In this document: positions 8,428-16,394 of the stretch, one piece after another | Numbering within the stretch: position 1 is the stretch's first letter | How the letters are laid out: every line of letters starts with the position of its first letter | The notes under the pieces: model-generated | The model's input: the letters and a program-made list of their open reading frames with translations, nothing else | What the model was told of the DNA's origin: nothing | The model's database searches: none | Source of the DNA: a bacterium | GTDB taxonomy: Bacteria > Sysuimicrobiota > Sysuimicrobiia > Sysuimicrobiales > Humicultoraceae | DNA: 16,631 bases | Reading direction: 5' to 3' | NCBI GenBank assembly: GCA_041497675.1 | Contig: JBGQGY010000087.1 | Coordinates: 1-16,631, forward strand | Made by a program: the position numbers and the translations under genes

Positions 8428-9375
8428 ATGCAACGTTACCTTGCGGCGCGCCTGCTGGCGTTTATCCCGGTGCTGCTCGGCATCCTGGCTGTCGTCTTCT
8501 TGCTGATCCGCTTGATCCCGGGCGACGCCGTGCAACTGTTCCTCGGCACGCAGGTCGAGATGACGCCCGCGCAGATGGCGGAACTGCGGCGCTTCTTTGG
8601 GGTCGACAAACCCATCCACGCGCAGTTCATCGACTATCTCGGCCGCATCCTGCGCGGCGACTTCGGCGTCTCGCTGCGTACGTCGCGTCCCGTGCTGCCG
8701 GACATCATGCAGCGGCTGCCGCTGTCGTTCCAGCTGGCGTCCTTTGCGCTGGTCATTGCGACGCTGATTGCGATCCCGCTTGGTATCGCTTCAGCGGTGC
8801 GGCGGAACTCGGCGTTCGACGTGGCCGCGCGCATCGGCGGCCTGCTGGGACTCTCGATGCCAAACTTCTGGCTCGGCGCGATGCTCATCCTCGTGTTCTC
8901 ACGGTACCTGCACATCTCGCTGAACCAGTACGTGCCGGTCACGCAGAACCCGCTCGGCACGCTGCAGAGCCTGTACCTACCGGCGATCGCGCTGGGCGCG
9001 GCGATTGCCGCGATCCTGATGCGCTACGTCCGATCGTCGCTGCTCGAAGTGCTCGGGCAGGAGTACATCCGCACCGCCCGCGGGAAGGGGCTCCAGAGCG
9101 CCGTCGTCATGCTGCGCCACGCGCTGCCGAACGCGTTGATCCCCGTGATTACTGTCCTCGGGTTTCAGATGGGCTACTTGTTGGGCGGCACGGTCATCAT
9201 CGAGGAGATTTTTGCGCTGCCCGGGATGGGCCGTCTGGTGCTACAGGCGATCTTTCAGCGCGACTATCCCGTCGTGCAGGGCGTCGTGCTGGTGATCGCG
9301 CTCTTGTTTGTCATGACAAACCTGGTGGTGGACCTGCTCTATGCCTGGATCGACCCCCGCATCCGCTACGCTTAA
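8428..9375 (+). CDS. Peptide/nickel-family ABC transporter permease (DppB/OppB-like)
   Basis: YLAARLL, IPGD, GDFGVS, SMPNFW, EAA loop EYIRTARGKGL, EEIFALPGMGR, C-terminal IDPRIRY. Confidence 0.94.
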   Translation: MQRYLAARLLAFIPVLLGILAVVFLLIRLIPGDAVQLFLGTQVEMTPAQMAELRRFFGVDKPIHAQFIDYLGRILRGDFGVSLRTSRPVLPDIMQRLPLSFQLASFALVIATLIAIPLGIASAVRRNSAFDVAARIGGLLGLSMPNFWLGAMLILVFSRYLHISLNQYVPVTQNPLGTLQSLYLPAIALGAAIAAILMRYVRSSLLEVLGQEYIRTARGKGLQSAVVMLRHALPNALIPVITVLGFQMGYLLGGTVIIEEIFALPGMGRLVLQAIFQRDYPVVQGVVLVIALLFVMTNLVVDLLYAWIDPRIRYA

Positions 9376-10246
9376 GCGCGGCGCGCCCGTCGCAGAAGCG
9401 CCGCGGGCGGCCACGGGCTGGCGCTGGTGGGCGCGCCGGTTCGTCCGGAATCGCGTCGCGCCGATCGGGCTGGTGATCATCGTCGCCAGCATCCTCATTG
9501 CCATCCTGGCACCCGTGATTGCGCCGCACGACATCCGCCGGATGAACCCGCAGGATACGCTGGTGGCGCCCGGGGGGAAGTATCTGTTCGGTACCGACGA
9601 GTTTGGCCGCGACGTGTTTAGCCGCGTGCTGATGGGCTCACGGGTCTCGCTCCTCGTCGCCATCCTGTCGGTCGCGGCCGCGCTGGGGCTTGGGACGACG
9701 CTGGGGCTGATGGCGGGATTCTACGGCGGCTGGTGGGACGGGGTCTCGATGCGCGCCATGGACATCGTCTTTGCGTTCCCCACCATCCTCCTGGCGATCG
9801 CGATCATGGCTGTGCTCGGGACCAGCCTGTTGAATCTGGTGATCGCCATCGGCATCGTCTACACGCCCCAGTTTGCGCGTGTGGCGCGCGCCGCCGCCCT
9901 GTCGATACGATCGCTCGAGTTCGTCGACGCGGCACGGGCTCTGGGGTTGGGTAATCTCCGCATCATCCACCGTCACGTGATTCCGAACGTGCTGGCCCCC
10001 ATCATCGTGCAGGTGTCGCTGAGCCTGTCGTTGGCGATTCTGTCGGAATCGGCGCTGAGCTTCCTAGGACTGGGAACCCAACCCCCCACGCCGTCGTGGG
10101 GTAACATGCTGAGCGAGGGCCGCCAGTTCCTCGAGCTCGCACCGTGGAACGCGGTGTTCCCAGGGCTCGCGATCATGCTCGTGGTCCTGGGGTTCAACCT
10201 GCTCGGCGACGGGCTTCGCGACCTGCTGGATCCGAGACTCCGATGA
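9341..10246 (+). CDS. Peptide/nickel-family ABC transporter permease (DppC/OppC-like)
   Basis: RRFVRNR, FGTDEFGRD, EFVDAARALG, RHVIPN, LSFLGLGTQPPTPSWG, GDGLRDLLDPR. Start uncertain (35-nt overlap with the upstream permease). Confidence 0.93.
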   Translation: MPGSTPASATLKRGAPVAEAPRAATGWRWWARRFVRNRVAPIGLVIIVASILIAILAPVIAPHDIRRMNPQDTLVAPGGKYLFGTDEFGRDVFSRVLMGSRVSLLVAILSVAAALGLGTTLGLMAGFYGGWWDGVSMRAMDIVFAFPTILLAIAIMAVLGTSLLNLVIAIGIVYTPQFARVARAAALSIRSLEFVDAARALGLGNLRIIHRHVIPNVLAPIIVQVSLSLSLAILSESALSFLGLGTQPPTPSWGNMLSEGRQFLELAPWNAVFPGLAIMLVVLGFNLLGDGLRDLLDPRLR

Positions 10247-11463
10247 TGCTTTTTACAGGCGTGTCCGCAGCCGGCTCGGCCGCCCGCTCGTCCCGCAAGA
10301 GTGGTCCGGCCCGGCGCGTGCGCGCGGTCGTGCAGGCACTGGCCGCCGAGGGCATCGCGCGCGGCGTCTTTCCCGGTGCGGTGATCGCCGGGCTCCGCGG
10401 TCGTGAGCGTCTCGTCTTTGAGGCGTTTGGTCACGCGCAGATCGTCCCGTGGCGGCGGCCGATGACGCCGGCCACCATGTTCGATATGGCCAGCCTGACG
10501 AAACCGATAGCCACCACCACGGCCGTCCTGCAACTATGCGAACGCGGACTCCTCGATCTCGACGAGCGAGTGGCCACGTACCTGCCGGCGTTTGCGGCCG
10601 GCGGCAAAGAGCGCGTGACCATCCGCGACCTCCTGAGGCACACGTCGGGTCTGCCCGCCTGGGAGCTGCTCTACCTACCGGGCCGCGCCGAGGGCGGCCG
10701 GGCCGGGGCCCACCCCTGCCGGTCGATCGCCGACGCCGTGACCCGCATTTGCGCGATGCGCGTGACCGGGACGCCGGGACGCCAGGTGATCTATAGCGAT
10801 CTGGGCTTCATCGTCTTGGGGCATGTGGTCGAACGCCTGGCTGGGACATCGCTGCCCGCGTACACTCGAAGGTTCATCTTTGGCCCGCTCTCGATGGCGC
10901 ACACGCGCTATACGCCTCCGCATGCGTGGTGGCCACGCTGCGCGGCGACCGAAGACGGCAACGCGTACGAACGGGTGAAGGCGGTGGAACAAGGGCTGGG
11001 GCGGTGGTTTGCGTGGCGGAAGAATGTGCTGCGCGGCCAGGTGCACGACGGGAACGCCTGGTATCTGGGGCGCGGTGTGGCTGGGCACGCCGGCCTGTTC
11101 AGCACGGTCGCCGACGTCTTACGATTCTCGCAGGCCATGCTGCGCGGCGGCGCGCTTGACGGCCGCCGCGTCTTGAAGCGGCAGAGCGTCGCCGAGGCGA
11201 TCCGTGACCAGACGCCGGGTCTGAATCCGGGCCGTCGCGGCCTGGGGTGGGCGCTGAGCGGCTGGACCTTTGCCGGCACGCGAGCCTCGCCTCAGGCCTT
11301 TGGCCACACCGGCTTCACGGGCACGTCGCTCCTGGTCGATCCCGAGCGCGACCTGATCGTGGTACTGTTCACGAACCGCGTGCACCCGAGCGCGCAGGGC
11401 GCTGGCCTGCTCGAATTCAGGCCGGCATTCTACGAAGCGGTCATCGACGCATTCGATGGTTGA
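10243..11463 (+). CDS. Beta-lactamase-fold serine hydrolase; AmiE-like N-acetylmuramoyl-L-alanine amidase by context
   Basis: SxxK motif FDMASLTK (10492-10503), LLRHTSGLP, YSD motif, GQVHDGNA..GVAGHAGLFS, FGHTGFTGTS, TNRVHP. Start placed at the ATGA overlap at 10243. No hydrophobic signal peptide. The amidase role is inferred from the neighbours murQ and anmK. Confidence 0.82.
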   Translation: MMLFTGVSAAGSAARSSRKSGPARRVRAVVQALAAEGIARGVFPGAVIAGLRGRERLVFEAFGHAQIVPWRRPMTPATMFDMASLTKPIATTTAVLQLCERGLLDLDERVATYLPAFAAGGKERVTIRDLLRHTSGLPAWELLYLPGRAEGGRAGAHPCRSIADAVTRICAMRVTGTPGRQVIYSDLGFIVLGHVVERLAGTSLPAYTRRFIFGPLSMAHTRYTPPHAWWPRCAATEDGNAYERVKAVEQGLGRWFAWRKNVLRGQVHDGNAWYLGRGVAGHAGLFSTVADVLRFSQAMLRGGALDGRRVLKRQSVAEAIRDQTPGLNPGRRGLGWALSGWTFAGTRASPQAFGHTGFTGTSLLVDPERDLIVVLFTNRVHPSAQGAGLLEFRPAFYEAVIDAFDG

Positions 11464-12424
11464 GCGCGTGGTGGTGGTCGGGGTCGACGGCGGAGCCTCG
11501 AAGACGCGGGCAGTGGTCCTCACCGGTGACGGCGTCGTGCTGGCGACGTCGGTCGTGCGCTCCGCCAGCGCCTACCACCGCGAGCCCGAGGAAGCCGCCG
11601 GCGTCGTGCTCGACGCGACCCGCGAAGCGCTCGCCCACGCGGGCGTGGCGCCACCCGTCGCGGCGCTTGGGGCAGGGCTCGCCGGCGCCGACGATGCGTC
11701 GATCCATGAGCGGCTTCAAAAAGCGCTTACGGCGGCACACGTTGCGCGTAGCGTCACCATCGATCATGACGCAGCGGCCGCACTGGCCGGTGGCGGAGCG
11801 CTCGCGCCCGGCGCCGTGATCATCTCGGGAACCGGCTCGGTCGCGTTTGGAGTCGATGCCTCAGGTCGCCGCGTCCGTGCGGGCGGATGGGGACCGCTGC
11901 TGGACGATGAGGGGAGTGGCTACGCCGTTGGCCGCGCGGTGCTCCGCGCCGCGATGCGGGCCCACGACGGGCGGGGCGAGGCGACGGCGCTCGCCGACGC
12001 GGTCCGCCGGCGGTTCGGGCTGGACACGCTTCGCGCGCTCAAGGTCGCCGTGCGGGGCATCGGCATCGACGACATCGCCGCGGTGGCGCCCCTCGCCGTG
12101 GCCGCAGTGCGCGAGGGCGACGCGGTGGCCGCGGGGATCTTGCGCCGGGCGGGTGAGGGTTTGGCGGCCATGGTCTGGGCCGTCGCGCGCGCCTTGGGGT
12201 GGCAGACCGCGCCGTTCCCGCTCGTCACTGCCGGGGGCATGTTCGATGCCGGCGATGCGCTGCGCGTCCCGATGCTCACCGCGCTCGAGACCCTGGGCTG
12301 CCCGGCTGCGGTGGCCGTGTCGATCTTTCCCCCGGAGATCGGCGCCGCGCTGTTGGGCGCGCGGGCGGCCGGGCTCCCCACCGCTACGCTGATCGCGCGC
12401 CTGCCGCGCGCGGGGGTGAGGTGA
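11456..12424 (+). CDS. BadF/BadG/BcrA/BcrD-family sugar kinase (MurK-like GlcNAc/MurNAc kinase)
   Basis: GVDGGASKT phosphate loop, GLAGAD, ISGTGS, RAGGWG.LLDDEGSGY. Adjacent to murQ. Confidence 0.85.
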   Translation: MVERVVVVGVDGGASKTRAVVLTGDGVVLATSVVRSASAYHREPEEAAGVVLDATREALAHAGVAPPVAALGAGLAGADDASIHERLQKALTAAHVARSVTIDHDAAAALAGGGALAPGAVIISGTGSVAFGVDASGRRVRAGGWGPLLDDEGSGYAVGRAVLRAAMRAHDGRGEATALADAVRRRFGLDTLRALKVAVRGIGIDDIAAVAPLAVAAVREGDAVAAGILRRAGEGLAAMVWAVARALGWQTAPFPLVTAGGMFDAGDALRVPMLTALETLGCPAAVAVSIFPPEIGAALLGARAAGLPTATLIARLPRAGVR

Positions 12425-12428
12425 GGGC

Positions 12429-13385
12429 ATGAGAACCAAGACCGGAACCATCAACTACAGCGCCCTGGGGACCGAGCGGCGGAATCCCCGCTCGATGAAC
12501 CTCGACCGCATGTCGACGCCGGCGATCCTGCGTGTGATCAACGCCGAAGACCGCCGCGTGCCGGTCGCCGTCGGCCGCGAGATCCCCCGGATCGCGCGGG
12601 CCGTCGAGGCGGTGGTTCGCGCCATCCGCGCCGGCGGCCGGGTGTTGTACGTGGGAGCCGGGACCAGTGGCCGCGTCGGCTTGCTGGATGCGCTCGAGTG
12701 GCCGCCGACGTTCGGCGTCAGCCCCGATCTGGTCAAGGTGATCCTCGCCGGCGGCGCGCAGGCCACGATCGGCTCCGCCGCGCCCGCCGAGGATGACCGG
12801 GACGGCGGGGGGGCCCAGATGGCCTCGGCCTTCGCCGGCCCGAAGGATGTCGTGATCGGCATCGCCGCGAGCGGCGTCACCCCGTTTGTCCTGGGGGCCG
12901 TCGACGAGGCCCGGCGCCGCGGGTGCACGATCGTGGGACTCACCAATGTCCGAGGCTCGCCGCTGGCGCGCGCCGCCGATGTCGCGATCGTCCCCGACGT
13001 CGGCCCCGAGGTGCTGACCGGGTCGACGCGGATGAAAGCCGGCACCTCGCAGAAACTCGTCCTGAACATGATCAGCACGACGGCCATGGTTCGCCTGGGC
13101 AAGACATACACCAACCTGATGGTGGACATGCAGGCGACCAACCGGAAGCTCGCGGCCCGCGCCCACCGGATCGTGATGGACGCCGCCGGTGTCGACGCCG
13201 AGACGGCGTCGCGTCTGCTCGACGAGGCCGGCGGGTCTGTGAAGGTGGCCATCATGCTGGGATTGACCGGCGTCCCGGCGGCCGCGGCGGCGCGGTCACT
13301 GGATGAGGCCGAGGGTCACGTCCGACAGGCCATCCGGAAGGTCAAATCTACCGATGCGGGGAGACGACGTGCACGACATCGATGA
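12429..13385 (+). CDS. murQ: N-acetylmuramic acid 6-phosphate etherase
   Basis: TERRNPRS..LD, YVGAGTSGR.G.LDA.E.PPTFG, AED, GIAASG.TP, GPEVLTGSTRMKAGTSQKLVLNMIST, GKTYTNLMVD...N.KL. Confidence 0.96.
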   Translation: MRTKTGTINYSALGTERRNPRSMNLDRMSTPAILRVINAEDRRVPVAVGREIPRIARAVEAVVRAIRAGGRVLYVGAGTSGRVGLLDALEWPPTFGVSPDLVKVILAGGAQATIGSAAPAEDDRDGGGAQMASAFAGPKDVVIGIAASGVTPFVLGAVDEARRRGCTIVGLTNVRGSPLARAADVAIVPDVGPEVLTGSTRMKAGTSQKLVLNMISTTAMVRLGKTYTNLMVDMQATNRKLAARAHRIVMDAAGVDAETASRLLDEAGGSVKVAIMLGLTGVPAAAAARSLDEAEGHVRQAIRKVKSTDAGRRRARHR

Positions 13386-14583
13386 GCTCGCGCGTAAGAA
13401 TCCAAAGCTGGTCGTCGGTCTGATCTCCGGCACCTCGGCCGACGGCATCGACGCGGCGCTCGTAGAGGTTTCCGGCGCGGGGCTCACGGCCCGCCTGCGG
13501 CTCCTCGCGGGGCTGACGCTGCCGATTGCTGCACCGGATCGCGACGAACTCTTCCAGATCTTCGATCCACCCATCGCGACGGTCGACCGCATCTGCCGAT
13601 TCAACTTCCGTCTGGGTGAGTGCTTCGCCGACGCCGCGATGGCCGTCATCAGCCATGCCGGGCTCACCCCCGCGCAGGTCGATCTCATCGGCTCGGCCGG
13701 GCAGACCGTCTGGCACATTCCGGCTCCCAACGGGGCCACGTTGCAGATCGCTGAGCCCGCGGTCATCGCCGAACGCACGGGGCTGCCGGTGGTCGCGGAC
13801 TTTCGCGTCGCCGACATCGCCGCGGGCGGGCACGGCGCGCCGCTGGTGCCGTACTTCGATCTCGTCGCGTACCGGGAGGCATCAAAGTCTCGGGCGGTGC
13901 AGAACATCGGCGGCATCGGGAACGTGACATACCTGCCGGCGGGGTGCGGGCCTGACACGAAGGGGGCGCAGATGGTGATCGCGTTCGACACGGGACCAGG
14001 CAACATGGTGATCGACGGCGCGGTTGAGGCACTCACGGCGGGCCGTGAGACGTTCGATCGCGACGGCGCGATCGCGACGCGCGGGCGCGTCAATCAGGGG
14101 TGGCTCACTGAGTTGATGGCCGACCCCTTTTTCGCTGTGGCGCCGCCGAAGTCCACGGGGCGAGAGGTCTATGGGAGACCGTTTGCCGCGCGGCTGCTTG
14201 AGCAGGCGCGGCGGCGCGGTCTGTCGCCGGAAGACACCGTCGCGACGGTGTCGGCGCTCACGGCCGACTCGATCGTGCGGGCGTATCGCGACTTTCTCAT
14301 CCCGCGCGCCGGGCTCGACGAGGCCGTGCTCTGTGGCGGGGGTTCGTACAACGGGTTCCTGCGGCGGCGCATCACCGAGGGGCTGGGGATCCCCGTGATG
14401 ACCAGTGAGGACGTCGGCGTCAACGGCAAGTTGAAGGAAGCGATGGCGTTTGCGCTCATGGCGTCGGATGCGGTGGCGGGATTGCCGACGAACGTCCCAA
14501 GCGCAACGGGCGCCAGGGGCCCGCGGGTGCTCGGGAAGTTTGTGCCGGCGCCCCGGACCGGCACGGGGGTGGCGCGATCATAA
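13369..14583 (+). CDS. anmK: Anhydro-N-acetylmuramic acid kinase
   Basis: GLISGTSADGID, GQTVWH, DFR..DIAAGGHGAPLVP, NIGGIGN, FDTGPGN, PPKSTGRE, CGGG..N, KEAMAFA, PSATGA. Start placed at GTG 13369 after GGGGAG; it overlaps the end of murQ. Confidence 0.94.
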   Translation: MHDIDELARKNPKLVVGLISGTSADGIDAALVEVSGAGLTARLRLLAGLTLPIAAPDRDELFQIFDPPIATVDRICRFNFRLGECFADAAMAVISHAGLTPAQVDLIGSAGQTVWHIPAPNGATLQIAEPAVIAERTGLPVVADFRVADIAAGGHGAPLVPYFDLVAYREASKSRAVQNIGGIGNVTYLPAGCGPDTKGAQMVIAFDTGPGNMVIDGAVEALTAGRETFDRDGAIATRGRVNQGWLTELMADPFFAVAPPKSTGREVYGRPFAARLLEQARRRGLSPEDTVATVSALTADSIVRAYRDFLIPRAGLDEAVLCGGGSYNGFLRRRITEGLGIPVMTSEDVGVNGKLKEAMAFALMASDAVAGLPTNVPSATGARGPRVLGKFVPAPRTGTGVARS

Positions 14584-14634
14584 GGATACGCATACCGTGA
14601 CCACGGCGCCCTCCCGGCGCGGCCGGAGATCGGA

Positions 14635-14640
14635 TATAGT
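14635..14640 (+). promoter_or_regulatory. Sigma70-type -10 element (TATAGT) 6 nt before the argS ATG; probable leaderless promoter
   Basis: TATAGT-gaagta-ATG in an otherwise very GC-rich context. No Shine-Dalgarno at normal spacing. Confidence 0.6.
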
Positions 14641-14646
14641 GAAGTA

Positions 14647-16359
14647 ATGTTTCGCGATGTCCTTCGCGCTGAGATCCGTCAGGCGGTCGCCCGGGCTATG
14701 CAGACCGGCGCGATTCCGCACGGCGAGATCCCGGCGATCGACGTCGACGTTCCCCGCGATCGGCGGCACGGCGACTACGCGTCAAATGCCGCGCTGGTGC
14801 TCGCCAAGCAGGCAGGCGCGAAACCCCGCGACGTCGCCGCCCGCCTCATCGAGTGTCTGGCGCCGGCGCCGGAGCGCATCGCGCGGCTCGAGATCGCCGG
14901 GCCGGGATTCATCAACATCACGCTGGCCTGGCCCTGGAAGCGCGAACTGGTCTCGACGATCTCGCGACTAGGGGACGGCTACGGCCTGCAGAGCGTGGGC
15001 CGCGGCACCCGCGTCAACGTCGAGTTCGTCAGTGCGAACCCGACCGGCCCCCTGCACGTGGGCACCGGGCGCAATGCCGTCGTAGGCGATGTCCTCGCCA
15101 ACCTGCTGACCGCGCTCGGCTTCGACGTCGCACGCGAATACTACATCAACGACGCCGGCCAGCAGGTCCAGAGCCTGACACGATCCGTCGAGGCGCACTA
15201 CTTCGAGCACTTCGGCAGGCCAAAGCCGTTCCCCGAAGACGGCTATCACGGCAGTTACGTCGTGGATCTCGCCCGCAAGATCGCGGAGACCGACGGCGAC
15301 CGGTGGCTTCGCGCCGCTGACGCGCAACGGCTCGACCACTTCCGCGATTTCAGCCTTGCCGCGGTCGTGGCGGACATCCGCGACGTGCTCGAGCGCTTTG
15401 GAGTGCGCTTCGACACCTGGTTCAGCGAGCGGACGCTCGTGCAGTCCGGGGCAGTGGACCGTGTGCCCACCGACCTGCGCGCGCGGGGATATGTCTATGA
15501 GGCCGACGGCAAGATCTGGTTCCGCGCCACGGAGTTCGGCGACGACCAGGATCGCGTCATGTACCGCCCGGGCGCCGGGTGGACGTATTTTGCCACCGAC
15601 ATTGCCTACCACCTCAACAAACTCAGCCGCGGATTCGACCTACTGATCGACGTGTGGGGGATCGACCATATCGGCGACGTGGCCCGCGTCAGAGGCGGCC
15701 TACAGGCGCTGGGAGTCGCGCCCGACAAGATCGAGATCTTGATCCACCAACATGTGCGTCTCAAGAACGAGGGCGAGGCGTTACGGATGTCCAAGCGCAG
15801 CGGGGAGTTCGTGACCCTGCGCGAGTTGATTGATGCCGTCGGCTCCGATGCGGCACGTTATTTTTACGCCATGACGTCGTACACGGTGCCGATGGACTTC
15901 GACGTCGGGCTGGCGCTGAAGCACTCGCAGGACAACCCGGTCTACTATGTACAGTACGCGCACGCTCGGATCGCCGGGATCCTGCGGGAAGCCGGGGTGG
16001 TCAAGGAACCGGCATCGGTGCCCTCCAGCGCTCGGGGAACCGGCGCGGCGGCGAGCCCCGGCCTGCCGCACGCCCCGTCGCTGGATCGTCTGGCCGACGA
16101 GCGCGAAGCGGCCTTGATCCATACACTTGCCGAACTCCCCGAAGTGATCGCCGCGGCGGGTCTGCGCCGTGAGCCCCAGCGCCTGTGTGCGTACGCGCGT
16201 GAGGTCGCCGAAGCGTTCCACCTGTTCTATACGCACTGCCGGGTATTGAGCGACGACAGCGAACTGAGCGCGGCCCGGCTGGCGCTGGTCGAAGCGACCC
16301 AGATCGTGCTCCGCCGTGTGTTGGGGCTGCTGGGGGTAGCGGCGCCGGAGCGGATGTAG
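14647..16359 (+). CDS. argS: Arginine--tRNA ligase
   Basis: HGDYASN, AGPGFIN, VEFVSANPTGPLHVG, REYYINDAG.Q, TYFATDIAYH..K, KMSKS-like RMSKRSG, NPVYYVQYAHARI, C-terminal APERM. Confidence 0.97.
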   Translation: MFRDVLRAEIRQAVARAMQTGAIPHGEIPAIDVDVPRDRRHGDYASNAALVLAKQAGAKPRDVAARLIECLAPAPERIARLEIAGPGFINITLAWPWKRELVSTISRLGDGYGLQSVGRGTRVNVEFVSANPTGPLHVGTGRNAVVGDVLANLLTALGFDVAREYYINDAGQQVQSLTRSVEAHYFEHFGRPKPFPEDGYHGSYVVDLARKIAETDGDRWLRAADAQRLDHFRDFSLAAVVADIRDVLERFGVRFDTWFSERTLVQSGAVDRVPTDLRARGYVYEADGKIWFRATEFGDDQDRVMYRPGAGWTYFATDIAYHLNKLSRGFDLLIDVWGIDHIGDVARVRGGLQALGVAPDKIEILIHQHVRLKNEGEALRMSKRSGEFVTLRELIDAVGSDAARYFYAMTSYTVPMDFDVGLALKHSQDNPVYYVQYAHARIAGILREAGVVKEPASVPSSARGTGAAASPGLPHAPSLDRLADEREAALIHTLAELPEVIAAAGLRREPQRLCAYAREVAEAFHLFYTHCRVLSDDSELSAARLALVEATQIVLRRVLGLLGVAAPERM

Positions 16360-16364
16360 ACTAC

Positions 16365-16394
16365 TTGCAACGGCATGCCGGGTGTGCTACCAAT
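16365..16394 (+). promoter_or_regulatory. Candidate sigma70 promoter: TTGCAA -N17- TACCAA(T) with an extended TG
   Basis: TTGCAA at 16365-16370, 17-nt spacer containing the palindrome CGGCATGCCG, then TGcTACCAAT. The -10 hexamer is imperfect. Confidence 0.45.

Noticed and set aside
10243..11463. Beta-lactam resistance gene (AmpC-like)
   Set aside because: It has the fold motifs but no export signal, has YSD/HTG rather than AmpC YxN/KTG, and sits in a mur catabolic context.
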